From NCBI GenBank assembly GCA_044370475.1, contig JBILVK010000001.1, forward strand, positions 53,969-117,968: a stretch of DNA of 64,000 nucleotides. Direction: 5' to 3'. The DNA is from Bacteroidia bacterium (GTDB lineage: Bacteria; Bacteroidota; Bacteroidia; UKL13-3). Under the pieces are notes generated by a model. It was not told the DNA's origin. It worked only from the letters and a program-made list of their open reading frames with translations, and made no database searches. Below, one piece after another: positions 36,539 through 46,896 of the stretch. Numbering within the stretch: position 1 is the first letter of the stretch; each line of letters begins with the position of its first letter. Both the position numbers and the translations under genes were made by a program.

Positions 36539-37303
36539 CTAAATATAACCCTTCATTTGATAAACAACAAATCCTATCCATTCCTTAATTAAATAGGTCC
36601 AAATTTGCAATCCACCATAATTTGGCAATAAGGTATTTAGAACAGTGTCTTTGCTTCTAATACTTCTAATATCTGTGCTGTAGGCATCCACCAAGAATCC
36701 TTGCTTCTCAAAACAGGCCATAGCCCTTCGCATATGAAACCCAGCAGTACATAATAGATACTTTTTTTGATTCCAATTGGCGTCCTTTTTTAACAACATT
36801 TTAGCAGTGAATGCCGCATTCTGGTAAGTATTGATTGATTTTGATTCAATGATTATACAAGAATCCGGTATCCCACATTTCACCAAAAATGCTTTCCCCA
36901 ATTTTGCCTCAGGCTCATAATCGCCAAAAATTGTATCAGAGCCACCCGTGTAAATAATCTTTGGCGCAATGCCTCTTTTAAACAAATCAATGGCTTGTAA
37001 CATCCTATCATTTCCATCACTAAAATTTGTCCTTTGCTGACCATTTACCGAATAATTAAGCACAAATCCTGAAGGAATAATAATGGCATCGTATTGATTT
37101 TTTTTACTAAGTGCTATAGGCTCCACTTCATACCAAGCCATCATGCTTTGTGCAATCCAAGGGTTGGTAAAAAAAACCAATAGACCAAAACCCCAATACA
37201 AATAACTTTTTATCTTGGTGATAAAATAAATAAGTAGAAGAAGAATAATACTACTTACTGGCGCTACAAGTGCAAACAATACTTTGGAGAAAAAATAAAA
37301 CAT
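36539..37303 (-). CDS. YdcF/ElyC (DUF218) family protein
   Basis: N-terminal TMs; DRM..A..L; YTGG; E.KS.NTYQNA; TAGFHMRRA..CF; KEWIG. Confidence 0.88.
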   Translation of the reverse strand: MFYFFSKVLFALVAPVSSIILLLLIYFITKIKSYLYWGFGLLVFFTNPWIAQSMMAWYEVEPIALSKKNQYDAIIIPSGFVLNYSVNGQQRTNFSDGNDRMLQAIDLFKRGIAPKIIYTGGSDTIFGDYEPEAKLGKAFLVKCGIPDSCIIIESKSINTYQNAAFTAKMLLKKDANWNQKKYLLCTAGFHMRRAMACFEKQGFLVDAYSTDIRSIRSKDTVLNTLLPNYGGLQIWTYLIKEWIGFVVYQMKGYI

Positions 37304-37308
37304 TGAGC

Positions 37309-38295
37309 TTAATGATTAAAATATTGATAATAACATATGCAGGTAATCATTGCAAAAAACAGCAGGTCCTTAAAGATTTTTCGTTTCGACCTTATAAAAT
37401 AATTTGCCATAATCATTGCTAGAGTTGCACTCATAAAGTTTAGGCCAAAAACATAACCTTGATTTTCGGCAAAGATGGAAATGATTCCAAACAAGAGCAT
37501 CACCAAAATAATCAGTTGAATCCGTCTTGTTTTTACCTTGTTCCTTAAAAAATTAAGTTGAAGTTCAATGGTTGAAAAAACGAAAACAGGGATAATAATG
37601 AGCCAAATTGCCCCTGCTACAAAGGTAATACCTATAGGGTTAAAATAACTCTTTGTTAGTGTGTTTTCAATAGACTGAATAAACTCTTTTAAGTGATCGA
37701 AAACAAAAAATCCAACACCTAAAAAATACAAGGGCAATAAAATTCCAAAAATAGCAACTAACCAAAAACGAAGGTTAAATGCAGTCATGTACAAAACGCT
37801 TATTAGGATAAATGGAAGGTAAATAATTAAGTCGTAATTAAACAACAACCCTAATCCAAGTAAGATTCCTGCGTCAAATACCAATAGCAATGGCCTTGGC
37901 GATTCGTATAAGTAACATAACCTATTTAACAAAAGAATAATAAAGGTATTGGCAAGTAATTGTGGTGTTAATTGCAGCTGTTCTGGGTAGATGCTATTGA
38001 GTAAAATAAAAAACAAGCCTGGTAGCAAACTTCCTTTATAAATAATGTCGTGTTCACTGCTGATATAATTAACCAATAAAGCCTGTAAAAAAATAAGAAT
38101 AGTGGCAATTACTGCATTCTGATACGGAAACAATTGATGATTCTTTAACCAATCAAAAATAAGTGCCGAAAACGGTGTGTTTAAAATAGGTTCAACAGGA
38201 GCAGGTACAAAAAATATTGCAAGCCTAACTAGTACGGTAAAAAGAACCAGTCCAGCAATAGAAAAAATCGTGTTCGACCTAAATATATCTAACAA
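37309..38295 (-). CDS. polytopic membrane protein (DUF6427-like)
   Basis: About 9-10 hydrophobic segments; TTG start; family assignment by recollection only. Confidence 0.65.
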   Translation of the reverse strand: MLDIFRSNTIFSIAGLVLFTVLVRLAIFFVPAPVEPILNTPFSALIFDWLKNHQLFPYQNAVIATILIFLQALLVNYISSEHDIIYKGSLLPGLFFILLNSIYPEQLQLTPQLLANTFIILLLNRLCYLYESPRPLLLVFDAGILLGLGLLFNYDLIIYLPFILISVLYMTAFNLRFWLVAIFGILLPLYFLGVGFFVFDHLKEFIQSIENTLTKSYFNPIGITFVAGAIWLIIIPVFVFSTIELQLNFLRNKVKTRRIQLIILVMLLFGIISIFAENQGYVFGLNFMSATLAMIMANYFIRSKRKIFKDLLFFAMITCICYYQYFNH

Positions 38296-38305
38296 AACAA
38301 ACTAA

Positions 38306-39775
38306 TTAAAATGTTATTCGAATTAATGTAAATTGTTTGTCTCTTATGGTAGCACCAATAAAACTGTTTGGCCCAGTTTGTTTGCAATCGCTGGGAACAA
38401 GTGCCACGCTAAAATTACTAGACTTTACAGCAATTTTCTCGTCGGATTTCCCAAGGTAACTTACCATGTGCGACATAATATTTCCGTCTTTGTCTAATTC
38501 AGAATTATAGAGCACAAAGATATTGTCTTGGGTTGGCAGCGTATAAATCCCTGAGGTATATCCTCCGTCTCCAATAGAACTTTGTCTTTTCCTTAGTAAA
38601 TCTCCAAAATGAATACTCCCATCCTTGTTTATTGAAAACAAGGCTACATCATCGTAATTATAGGTTATTCTAACCCCTTCTTGTGGAATATTGTTCATGT
38701 AGTAATTAAACCTTTGCTCAATTCTGGTGTATTTTTCTGCTACTAAAAAAACACCCCCATCACTCCTAGGAACAATCTTTCTAATATAATAGTTCTTGAG
38801 ATTTGGATATTTTTTTTCAATTTTACCTCCTGTAACCTGCTGCAAAATCTCCACATCAATGGGCGCAGCAAACTTTTCTTCTGTACTACGTTTTGAGATA
38901 CTAAAGCGCTCCATAAAATAACCATTTACAAGATCTTTTCCTTTCTCAGAATAGAAACCCAAAACAGAAACCGTCTGATTAAAATTGTTGATGGCCATCC
39001 CTAACTCTTCTATAAAAATATGCTCATTCCCTAACTGATAAGCGAGCATTTTATCCTCCATTGGATAAAATGAATACATAAAGAAATCCCTATTATCAAG
39101 TTGTTTATCAGCCTCCTTGGCAGGAAAATCAATGAGCACAAATGCATTTCCTTTGTTATCAGATTCAAAGTTTGTAATAAATACATCTTCTGGAGCCTCA
39201 TTCAAGGTAAACTGCTTTCCAAACTGTTGTTGCAGCATCTCATTATATCCATATAAATTGAGCTTACACTCGCCTGTACCAGCACTTTTACTCACAAACA
39301 ACACCAAAACCTTCATTTTATCTGCAGAGGTTTTGATTTGAATCTTCCTTTTCTCCAAAAACTGTGAAGAAGGTAAACTGCATATCACATTGGGTATGCC
39401 TACGGGTTTTAAATTGGCATCCACTTTCTGAACCAATAAATCGATGCTAGATGTTTGTGTATTTTTTGCACTGATAAAAATATACAACTCATTGTTTACC
39501 AAAAGTACTCTCTCGATATTACCATTGATAGCAACTGGTGCCGGAACACTCGCCTCTAACGACAAATTTGCCTTGTACTTTTCTACTATCACCTCCCTGG
39601 AGAAATCAGGTGATTTACATCTTAGTAAATATATCCCATTGGGCGTTTCTCCAACTATCTGACTGTATTGCGTTTTTTGCTTAATTTTTTGCGCATTTCC
39701 CCATTCCACATTTTGTGCAAACGAAATGTAGTGACTTAATAAAAGGAAACAACTGAAAAAACAACGAAATGCCAT
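38306..39775 (-). CDS. exported hypothetical protein (beta-rich)
   Basis: Signal peptide ending SFAQ; start MAFRC preferred; -7-like TATCTTCG upstream. Confidence 0.7.
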   Translation of the reverse strand: MAFRCFFSCFLLLSHYISFAQNVEWGNAQKIKQKTQYSQIVGETPNGIYLLRCKSPDFSREVIVEKYKANLSLEASVPAPVAINGNIERVLLVNNELYIFISAKNTQTSSIDLLVQKVDANLKPVGIPNVICSLPSSQFLEKRKIQIKTSADKMKVLVLFVSKSAGTGECKLNLYGYNEMLQQQFGKQFTLNEAPEDVFITNFESDNKGNAFVLIDFPAKEADKQLDNRDFFMYSFYPMEDKMLAYQLGNEHIFIEELGMAINNFNQTVSVLGFYSEKGKDLVNGYFMERFSISKRSTEEKFAAPIDVEILQQVTGGKIEKKYPNLKNYYIRKIVPRSDGGVFLVAEKYTRIEQRFNYYMNNIPQEGVRITYNYDDVALFSINKDGSIHFGDLLRKRQSSIGDGGYTSGIYTLPTQDNIFVLYNSELDKDGNIMSHMVSYLGKSDEKIAVKSSNFSVALVPSDCKQTGPNSFIGATIRDKQFTLIRITF

Positions 39776-39840
39776 TAATTTGTAAACTAATTCAAAAAAG
39801 CGAAGATACTTTTTCCAAGCTATTTTTGGGAGAAAATTAA

Positions 39841-41028
39841 ATGGGCAAAACAAAATTATTTGATACCGTAAAAAAACAAGAGGAAGCTGTGATTGTTGGG
39901 GTAATTAATCACCTACAGAGATTAGAGCAAGCCGAAGAATATTTAGATGAACTCGAATTTCTGGCACATACTGCAGGTGCTTTGGTAAAAAAACGTTTCT
40001 TGCAAAAGTTAAATTATGCCAATCCAAAAACCTTTATTGGAGAAGGAAAATTGCAGGAAATTTCTGATTACGTAGTTGAGAACGAAATTGAAATAGTGAT
40101 TTTTGATGACGAATTGAGCCCCTCTCAGCTTAGAAATTTAGAAAACACCCTAAAATGTAAAATATTGGATCGAAGCAATTTGATTCTCGATATTTTTGCC
40201 AGCAGGGCTAAAAGTGCCCAAGCAAAATACCAAGTTGAGCTTGCCCAAACCCAATATCTTCTCCCAAGATTAACAAGGATGTGGACCCATTTAAGTAAGC
40301 ACAAAGGCGGAATTGGAATGAAAGGTCCGGGAGAAACGGAAATCGAAACCGACAGAAGGATTCTAAGGAACAAAGTGATCAAACTCAAGGAACGTCTTGA
40401 TGTAATTGACAAGCAAGCCACAACCCAAAGGAGAAATAGGGATATGAAAACGAGGGTTGCATTGGTTGGGTATACCAATGTAGGCAAATCAACTATCATG
40501 AATATTCTTGCAAAAAGTGAAGTGTTTGCAGAAAATAAACTATTTGCCACTTTAGACAGTACGGTGCGGAAAGTGGAATGGCCTGAGGCCTCCTTTCTTT
40601 TAACCGATACCGTTGGGTTTATCAGAAAACTACCTCACCAATTGGTAGAATGCTTTAAATCTACTTTGGATGAAATTAGAGAAGCAGATATCCTTTTGCA
40701 CATTGTAGATGTAAGTCACCCAACGTTTGAAAATCAAATTCACGTGGTAAACGAAACATTAAAAGAAATAGGTGCGCTTAATAAAACGGTGATTCTGGTA
40801 TTCAACAAAATTGACAGCTTAAAGGAACCATTTATCTTAGAGGATGAAACTATTGAAAACAAGGATACTTACTTTCAACTGTTAAAGCAATCTTGGATGG
40901 CCAAAGAAAACAACCCTGCGATTTTTATTTCTGCCTCAAAGAAAATGAATATAGAAGAGCTCAAAACAAGCCTTATTGCTGCTGTTGTGAATCACCAAAA
41001 AACCTTCAAAAAAGCGAGCACTAACTAA
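39841..41028 (+). CDS. hflX: ribosome-splitting GTPase HflX
   Basis: GPGETEIETDRR, VGYTNVGKST, LFATLD, DTVGFI, NKID; TATTTTTG at 39821-39828. Confidence 0.98.
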   Translation: MGKTKLFDTVKKQEEAVIVGVINHLQRLEQAEEYLDELEFLAHTAGALVKKRFLQKLNYANPKTFIGEGKLQEISDYVVENEIEIVIFDDELSPSQLRNLENTLKCKILDRSNLILDIFASRAKSAQAKYQVELAQTQYLLPRLTRMWTHLSKHKGGIGMKGPGETEIETDRRILRNKVIKLKERLDVIDKQATTQRRNRDMKTRVALVGYTNVGKSTIMNILAKSEVFAENKLFATLDSTVRKVEWPEASFLLTDTVGFIRKLPHQLVECFKSTLDEIREADILLHIVDVSHPTFENQIHVVNETLKEIGALNKTVILVFNKIDSLKEPFILEDETIENKDTYFQLLKQSWMAKENNPAIFISASKKMNIEELKTSLIAAVVNHQKTFKKASTN

Positions 41029-41051
41029 ACTCAGATATAATTTTTTCTGAA

Positions 41052-41891
41052 TTATTTAATTGGTTCGAACCGAATGCATTGATTCTTATACATGCTTTTG
41101 GCTAGGATGAGGGTAATAACCTCATTTTGGTTCATTGCTTTGCCCACAATTGAAGCATCTTGCTGACCATCAATTTTTGCTGTATAAACCATGTTTTCTT
41201 TCCATGTATAAAAGTTTGAACCAAAGGTGACAATTGAAATTGCACCCTCTCCTTTGAAACTAATTTGATGCTCATCTGTCTCAAAACTAGTTCCATTTGG
41301 GTACATCACTTTTGCAGAATACATATCGCTTCTATCGGCAACTGTTCTGGTAATTTTGCAAGGGCAAACACCAATTGTTTGGTTTTCTGTTACCCTGTCT
41401 GTGGTCATATTAGCAATTTTCCACTCTCCATTTTCTTTAACAATGGAATGGCTGGTATATGCATAACCTTCTGAAACAACTGTAGTATCTTGTTTGTATT
41501 TAACTTTAATTATGGCCGAAATATTTGCAAGGTTACCAATGGCTTTTTCGAAAGTAACTTTAATGATTGACCTTTCGGCGTAGAGATTTAAGTCTTTTGT
41601 GGCTTTTAAATCTCTTAAATACTCGTCTGAATTCCATTTTACATTACTCACTTTGCCGCTCACATTTTCTGAATTTCTGATAAAGAAAAAACCTGGGCTC
41701 ATGTATTTTGTAACTTGATCTAAATTGGGAGATTTAGATAAAAAATAGCTGTTAATATTGGTATAAAATGCCTGTAATGTTTCTGTATGTGTTAATGGGC
41801 TGGCTTGATTTGTGGCGGCAGCTTGTTTTTGGGCAAATGCCCCAAAGCCTATTACAGTGAAAAGTACTGCTTGTAAAAATTTATTTTTCAT
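41052..41891 (-). CDS. exported hypothetical protein, N-terminal NTF2-like fold suspected
   Basis: Signal peptide AFAQ; VKENGEWKI strand typical of NTF2/SnoaL-like C-termini. Confidence 0.6.
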   Translation of the reverse strand: MKNKFLQAVLFTVIGFGAFAQKQAAATNQASPLTHTETLQAFYTNINSYFLSKSPNLDQVTKYMSPGFFFIRNSENVSGKVSNVKWNSDEYLRDLKATKDLNLYAERSIIKVTFEKAIGNLANISAIIKVKYKQDTTVVSEGYAYTSHSIVKENGEWKIANMTTDRVTENQTIGVCPCKITRTVADRSDMYSAKVMYPNGTSFETDEHQISFKGEGAISIVTFGSNFYTWKENMVYTAKIDGQQDASIVGKAMNQNEVITLILAKSMYKNQCIRFEPIK

Positions 41892-42028
41892 GGAAATTAT
41901 GGTTTAATTCTGAGCGTAATATGCATATTTGAGACCTAAAATCAAAATTTGTCAAATATTTTAACAGAAACTTATTCATGTATATTGGGTGAAGTGGCAT
42001 AAATATTTATTTTCGCAACTAACTAAAT

Positions 42029-43195
42029 ATGAATACCCAAGGCAATAATATAGAACTCAGTGTAGTAATGCCCTGTTTAAACGAGGCTGAAACCATAGAA
42101 ACCTGCATCAAAAAAGCTTTTTCCTGGATGGAAAAAAATGGTGTAAATGGCGAGGTGGTTATTGGCGACAATGGCAGCACCGACGGATCCCAACAAATGG
42201 CAGAACGCCTAGGAGCCAGGGTTATAGCGGTTCCTAGAAAAGGTTATGGAAGTGCACTCATGGGTGCCATAGAAGCTTCCAAAGGGAAATATGTAATCAT
42301 GGGAGATAGCGACGATAGCTACGACTTTAGTGAGCTTGGCCTTTTTATCAAAGAACTCAGATTGGGTAAAGATTTGGTAATGGGAAATCGCTTTTTAGGC
42401 GGAATTGGAGCAGGAGCAATGCCATTTTTGCATAGATATCTCGGAAATCCAGTATTATCTTTTATCGGAAGGCTGTTTTTTAAATGTCCAGTTGGCGATT
42501 TTCATTGCGGATTAAGAGGATTTAGGCAAGACATAGTGAGTTTGCTCGACCTAAAAACTACTGGGATGGAATTTGCGAGTGAAATGGTGGTTAAAGCAAC
42601 CATTTTTAAACTTGATATTACAGAAGTACCAACTACTTTAAGAAAAGACGGCAGATCAAGACCTCCACACTTGCGCACTTGGAGAGATGGTTGGCGACAT
42701 TTAAGATTTTTATTGATTTATAGTCCGAGATGGTTATTTCTTTATCCAGGATTATTTTTAATGGTACTGGGCATTGTAATGAGTGCGCTCATTGTTCAAG
42801 GTCCGGTTGACATGTTTAACCAAGTATATTTCGACACCAATACTTTACTTTATGCAGGGGCATTTATCATTGTAGGATACCAAGCTGTTAGTTTTGGGGT
42901 TTTTACAAGGTCATATGCCGTTCAAGTTGGATTTTTACCAGAGAAAGACGCATTAACCAAAGCCACACAAATAGTATCTATGGAGCTTGGTCTAATCATT
43001 GGGCTATTGATTTTATTTGCTGGAATGGGTGGAACATTTTACTCTTTATACGTTTGGGAAGAAAGTAATTTTGGACAACTAAATTACTCCAAAATTTTAC
43101 GTATTGTTATTCCAAGCGTGGTGGCAATTATTCTAGGCGCGCAAACAATATTATCTAGTTTCTTTCTGAGTGTATTAAGTGTAAATAAAAAATAA
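42029..43195 (+). CDS. GT2 polyprenol-phosphate glycosyltransferase (DPM1/GtrB-like) with C-terminal TM helices
   Basis: SVVMPCLNEA, DNGSTDGS, GDSDDSYD, MGNRF, DFHCGLRGF, GMEFASEM, LRTWRDGWRHL. Confidence 0.92.
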   Translation: MNTQGNNIELSVVMPCLNEAETIETCIKKAFSWMEKNGVNGEVVIGDNGSTDGSQQMAERLGARVIAVPRKGYGSALMGAIEASKGKYVIMGDSDDSYDFSELGLFIKELRLGKDLVMGNRFLGGIGAGAMPFLHRYLGNPVLSFIGRLFFKCPVGDFHCGLRGFRQDIVSLLDLKTTGMEFASEMVVKATIFKLDITEVPTTLRKDGRSRPPHLRTWRDGWRHLRFLLIYSPRWLFLYPGLFLMVLGIVMSALIVQGPVDMFNQVYFDTNTLLYAGAFIIVGYQAVSFGVFTRSYAVQVGFLPEKDALTKATQIVSMELGLIIGLLILFAGMGGTFYSLYVWEESNFGQLNYSKILRIVIPSVVAIILGAQTILSSFFLSVLSVNKK

Positions 43196-43205
43196 GAGGA
43201 TTGGC

Positions 43206-43754
43206 ATGAAAGCATTAGATAAATATTTGCAGGCAGTAAGAATTGGTAAGGCAAAAAAATACATAAATAAAGGCGACACGGTATTGGATATTGGAAGTGT
43301 AGATGGAGTAATGTTTGAGAGCTGGAAAGGGTATATTTCTAAAGGAATTGGGGTTGACCCAACTTTAAATGAAGTTATCAAAACAGATTTTTATGAATTG
43401 TACCCTGGATATTTTCCTGATGCTTGTCCAACAGACATGAAGTATAATGCCATAACGCTGTTAGCTGTTTTAGAACATATTCCAACAAACCAGCAAAAAA
43501 TATTGGCAGAGAATTGCTTTAAATACTTAGTGCCTGGCGGCAAATTAATCATTACAGTTCCATCTCCACAAGTGGACCAAATTCTAGAGATATTGCTAAA
43601 ACTGAGGCTAATTGAAGGGATGAGTTTAGAAGAACATTATGGTTATAAGCCCGAAGATACAGAGCGCATTTTTGCTGCCCCTTTATTTAAGTTATTAAAA
43701 AAAGAAAAGTTTCAATTTGGCTTAAATAACCTTTTTGTTTTTGAAAGAATTTAA
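43206..43754 (+). CDS. small class I SAM-dependent methyltransferase
   Basis: VLDIGS.DG, LAVLEHI, L.PGGKLIITVP. Confidence 0.85.
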   Translation: MKALDKYLQAVRIGKAKKYINKGDTVLDIGSVDGVMFESWKGYISKGIGVDPTLNEVIKTDFYELYPGYFPDACPTDMKYNAITLLAVLEHIPTNQQKILAENCFKYLVPGGKLIITVPSPQVDQILEILLKLRLIEGMSLEEHYGYKPEDTERIFAAPLFKLLKKEKFQFGLNNLFVFERI

Positions 43755-43777
43755 CATCATTTAGGATTACCCTCACT

Positions 43778-46711
43778 ATGGAAATAAACTCATTACTAGA
43801 AAATAGAACCAGTATTTTAATTGATGCCAGAAAGGTAGAATCTAACTACTGGGACACGCTGCAACAGTTACTTTCTAAAACAAAATTAGACATTGAAATT
43901 CTATGTCTTGTTTCTTCACAACCATCTGAAAACACTTTAAAGGATTGGGTTGAAAAAGGAAAAGTAAAATTCATTTTAACCGACGGAAGTAAGAACCTAA
44001 ACGAGAACTTCTATCAAGTTTTTCAAATGGCTGGTGGGGCTACAAGTATTTGTGTATACAATACCATTCATTCCTTGGGCAATTTGGTTCAGACCGTACA
44101 ATCCTATAAAAAACTTATTACGCAAGACTTACTTGTAATAGGATCTCAAAACATTTCAACCAAAGGGAGCAAACAGAATATTCCATTTGCCAACAGACTT
44201 AGCAATAGCCTTACCAGAGTATTTACTTCTGTGCAGGTAAGCGATGCTAATAGCGGCGTTTTGTTTGGTAAAACTCAAAGTTTACTAGCGTATTGGGGGA
44301 AACAATTAGCTACAGGAAATACCTATCTTCAAACATTAAATTTAGCAAAATCATACAGAATTCCTTTAAGCGAATTAGCCATTCCTGCTGAGCAAAGACC
44401 AGCATTTTCGCCTATTGCACAAATACCTCACTTAGTAGGATTAAGGATACAATATTTTGTAAAAGATTCTTTGTGGCAAATAAAAAATGGCAATTGGGGA
44501 TACAGCGATGGCAACCACCCAATATACCGCTTAGCCTATTTTGTGGTTTTTTTAATTTGCTTGTTTACCATGCCTTTGTTGAGCCAAGATTATGGAAGCA
44601 CATGGGATGAAAAAGCACATAATGAATATTCACAACTTGCCTATAACTATTTAACTACTTTTGGGGGTGATACCGCTGCATTAGCAGAGCCTTTAAATAG
44701 TGCAGATTATATAAGACAAGCTTATAGGTTTTATGGGGAGCAAATGAATACGGTATCTGCCTTTGCCTATAATTGGTTTGGTACAGGTATTTACGAAACG
44801 AGGCATTTTATCAATTCCATTTATGGACTTATAGGTTTAATTTTTGCATCGCTCATAGCCTTTGAATTGGCGGGTTGGAGGGCAGCCTTGATGGCCATAT
44901 TGTTTATGTACTTAAATCCGGGTTGGTTAGGACATAGCATGAATAACCCAACAGATATCCCCTTTGCAACTGGTTTTGCCTTTGCGGGTTACTTTATGAT
45001 TAAGGTGATGAGGAGTTTGCCACAACCTAAATTTAGGGATTTATTTTGGCTAGCATTTGGGGTTGGAATTGGACTTGCATCTCGTGTTGGGGCATTCTTA
45101 TTAGTTGCCTATTTAGGCCTCTTTTTAGGAGTTAATTTCTTAGATAAAATTAGGAGCAAGAAGGCTAAAATTGGCGACCTATTGCTTCCATATGCAAAGA
45201 TCTTTTTCATTGTTGCCATCATTGGTTATGTGATTGGAATTGCCATATGGCCATATGCCTTAGATAATCCGTTAAAGCATCCATTTCAAGCTTTTGCAAA
45301 AGCTTCGGAGAATGCCTTTTACACCAACAATGTTGAGCTATTTGATGGCATGAGAATGTACATGATAACAGGTGCACCTTGGTATTATGTATTCAAATTT
45401 ATGGGTATGGGAAATCCCTTGTATCTCATCATTGGATTATTGCTATCTGTTGTTCTTTTTTCGCCCCTCAGCAAAAGAATTGGTTCAGGCAATTGGCTTA
45501 TGCTTATGTTTATGATCATTTTTCCAATTCTATACGCAGAATATAGCAATATCAATTATTATAATGGCTGGAGACATTACTTGTTTATCATACCTTTTGT
45601 GGTGCCATTGGCGGCTGTTGCCTATGATTACCTATTTACCTTAAGCAAACCTATTGCGCTAACATCTGCCCTGATGTTAGTTGTCCTTTTTGCAAAACCA
45701 GCCGTTTGGATCATCCAAAATCACCCAAATGAATATGTTTATTTTAATGAAATGGTTGGAGGCTTAAAAGGCGCATACGGAACATATGAAACAGATTATT
45801 ATAGCAACTCATGCAGAGAGGCTGCAGAATGGATTGCCAAAAAGCATCCAACAGACACTTTGGTTATAGGAATTAATAACGAAACAACCACTGCATCCTA
45901 TTGGGCAAGGCAAATTAATCCAAGACTAAACTTTGTATGGACAAGAGAAGCCGAAGAACAAAAACTAGCTTGGGATTATTTGATTCTAACAACAAGAACA
46001 TTTTCTAAAAATGAGCTATTGAACGGGTCGTTTCCTCCAAAAGGAACAGTTTATACGGTTGAGGCAGATGGCATACCTTTAGCTGCGGTAGTTAAGAGAG
46101 AAAATTACAGCATGCCACTAGGATATAAGGCGCTTGACCAACAAAAATTTGATTCCTCTATTTACTATTTTGAAGATGCAGTTAGGTATGCGCCAAAAGA
46201 CGAAGAAGCATGGCGAATGCTGGGCTTTTCATTGATTAATAAAGGTAGATTAGACAGTGCAGAAATCATGCTCAACAAAGCGATAGAAATCTATCCAGAA
46301 AACTTTACAGGCTGGAATAACCTGGGCTTAGTTTACTTTAATAAAAAGAACTTCCCTAAAGCCATTGAGGCTTTTAATAAGAGCACAAAGTTCAAAGAAA
46401 ACATAACCGAAAGTTGGTATTATTGTGCTTTAGCTTACCTTAATTTAGGAGATTATCCAAATGCCATAAAGCAACTAGAAATGGCAGTAAAACACAATGC
46501 CAGCATCCCAGAAGTCTATTATTATCTAGGCAAATCTTACTATGCAACTGGTAACCTTCAAAAGGCCTCAGATAATTATCAATTAGCACTTAGTCTGAAC
46601 CAAAACATGGCGCAAGCATGGGGTGAATTGGCAGAAGTTTTCACTAAACTCAATCAACCAGAATATGCTAAACAATGTATGGATAGGTATAGAGCGCTAG
46701 GTGGCAACTAG
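43778..46711 (+). CDS. GT-C (ArnT/PMT-like) membrane glycosyltransferase with degenerate GT2-like N-terminus and C-terminal TPRs
   Basis: DYGSTWDEKAH after first TM; GHSMNNPTDIP; YNGWRH; YFNE..GG..GA...YETDYY; multiple TPRs (GWNNLG.VY, VYYYLG). Confidence 0.8.
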   Translation: MEINSLLENRTSILIDARKVESNYWDTLQQLLSKTKLDIEILCLVSSQPSENTLKDWVEKGKVKFILTDGSKNLNENFYQVFQMAGGATSICVYNTIHSLGNLVQTVQSYKKLITQDLLVIGSQNISTKGSKQNIPFANRLSNSLTRVFTSVQVSDANSGVLFGKTQSLLAYWGKQLATGNTYLQTLNLAKSYRIPLSELAIPAEQRPAFSPIAQIPHLVGLRIQYFVKDSLWQIKNGNWGYSDGNHPIYRLAYFVVFLICLFTMPLLSQDYGSTWDEKAHNEYSQLAYNYLTTFGGDTAALAEPLNSADYIRQAYRFYGEQMNTVSAFAYNWFGTGIYETRHFINSIYGLIGLIFASLIAFELAGWRAALMAILFMYLNPGWLGHSMNNPTDIPFATGFAFAGYFMIKVMRSLPQPKFRDLFWLAFGVGIGLASRVGAFLLVAYLGLFLGVNFLDKIRSKKAKIGDLLLPYAKIFFIVAIIGYVIGIAIWPYALDNPLKHPFQAFAKASENAFYTNNVELFDGMRMYMITGAPWYYVFKFMGMGNPLYLIIGLLLSVVLFSPLSKRIGSGNWLMLMFMIIFPILYAEYSNINYYNGWRHYLFIIPFVVPLAAVAYDYLFTLSKPIALTSALMLVVLFAKPAVWIIQNHPNEYVYFNEMVGGLKGAYGTYETDYYSNSCREAAEWIAKKHPTDTLVIGINNETTTASYWARQINPRLNFVWTREAEEQKLAWDYLILTTRTFSKNELLNGSFPPKGTVYTVEADGIPLAAVVKRENYSMPLGYKALDQQKFDSSIYYFEDAVRYAPKDEEAWRMLGFSLINKGRLDSAEIMLNKAIEIYPENFTGWNNLGLVYFNKKNFPKAIEAFNKSTKFKENITESWYYCALAYLNLGDYPNAIKQLEMAVKHNASIPEVYYYLGKSYYATGNLQKASDNYQLALSLNQNMAQAWGELAEVFTKLNQPEYAKQCMDRYRALGGN

Positions 46712-46896
46712 GTGCTTCTCTTCATTTATTAACAGCATTTTAAGAAATTGTCTATTTTTTATGTTTTCGCTGAATCCTTATTTACCTAAGGTTAAGCGAA
46801 ATTGCACTGGGTTCATTTAAGGTTAAACTTAGTAATCCACCATTTTACTGTATAAGGGCATCAATTTCCAAATCTATTTTCAACTTAGATTCGTAG

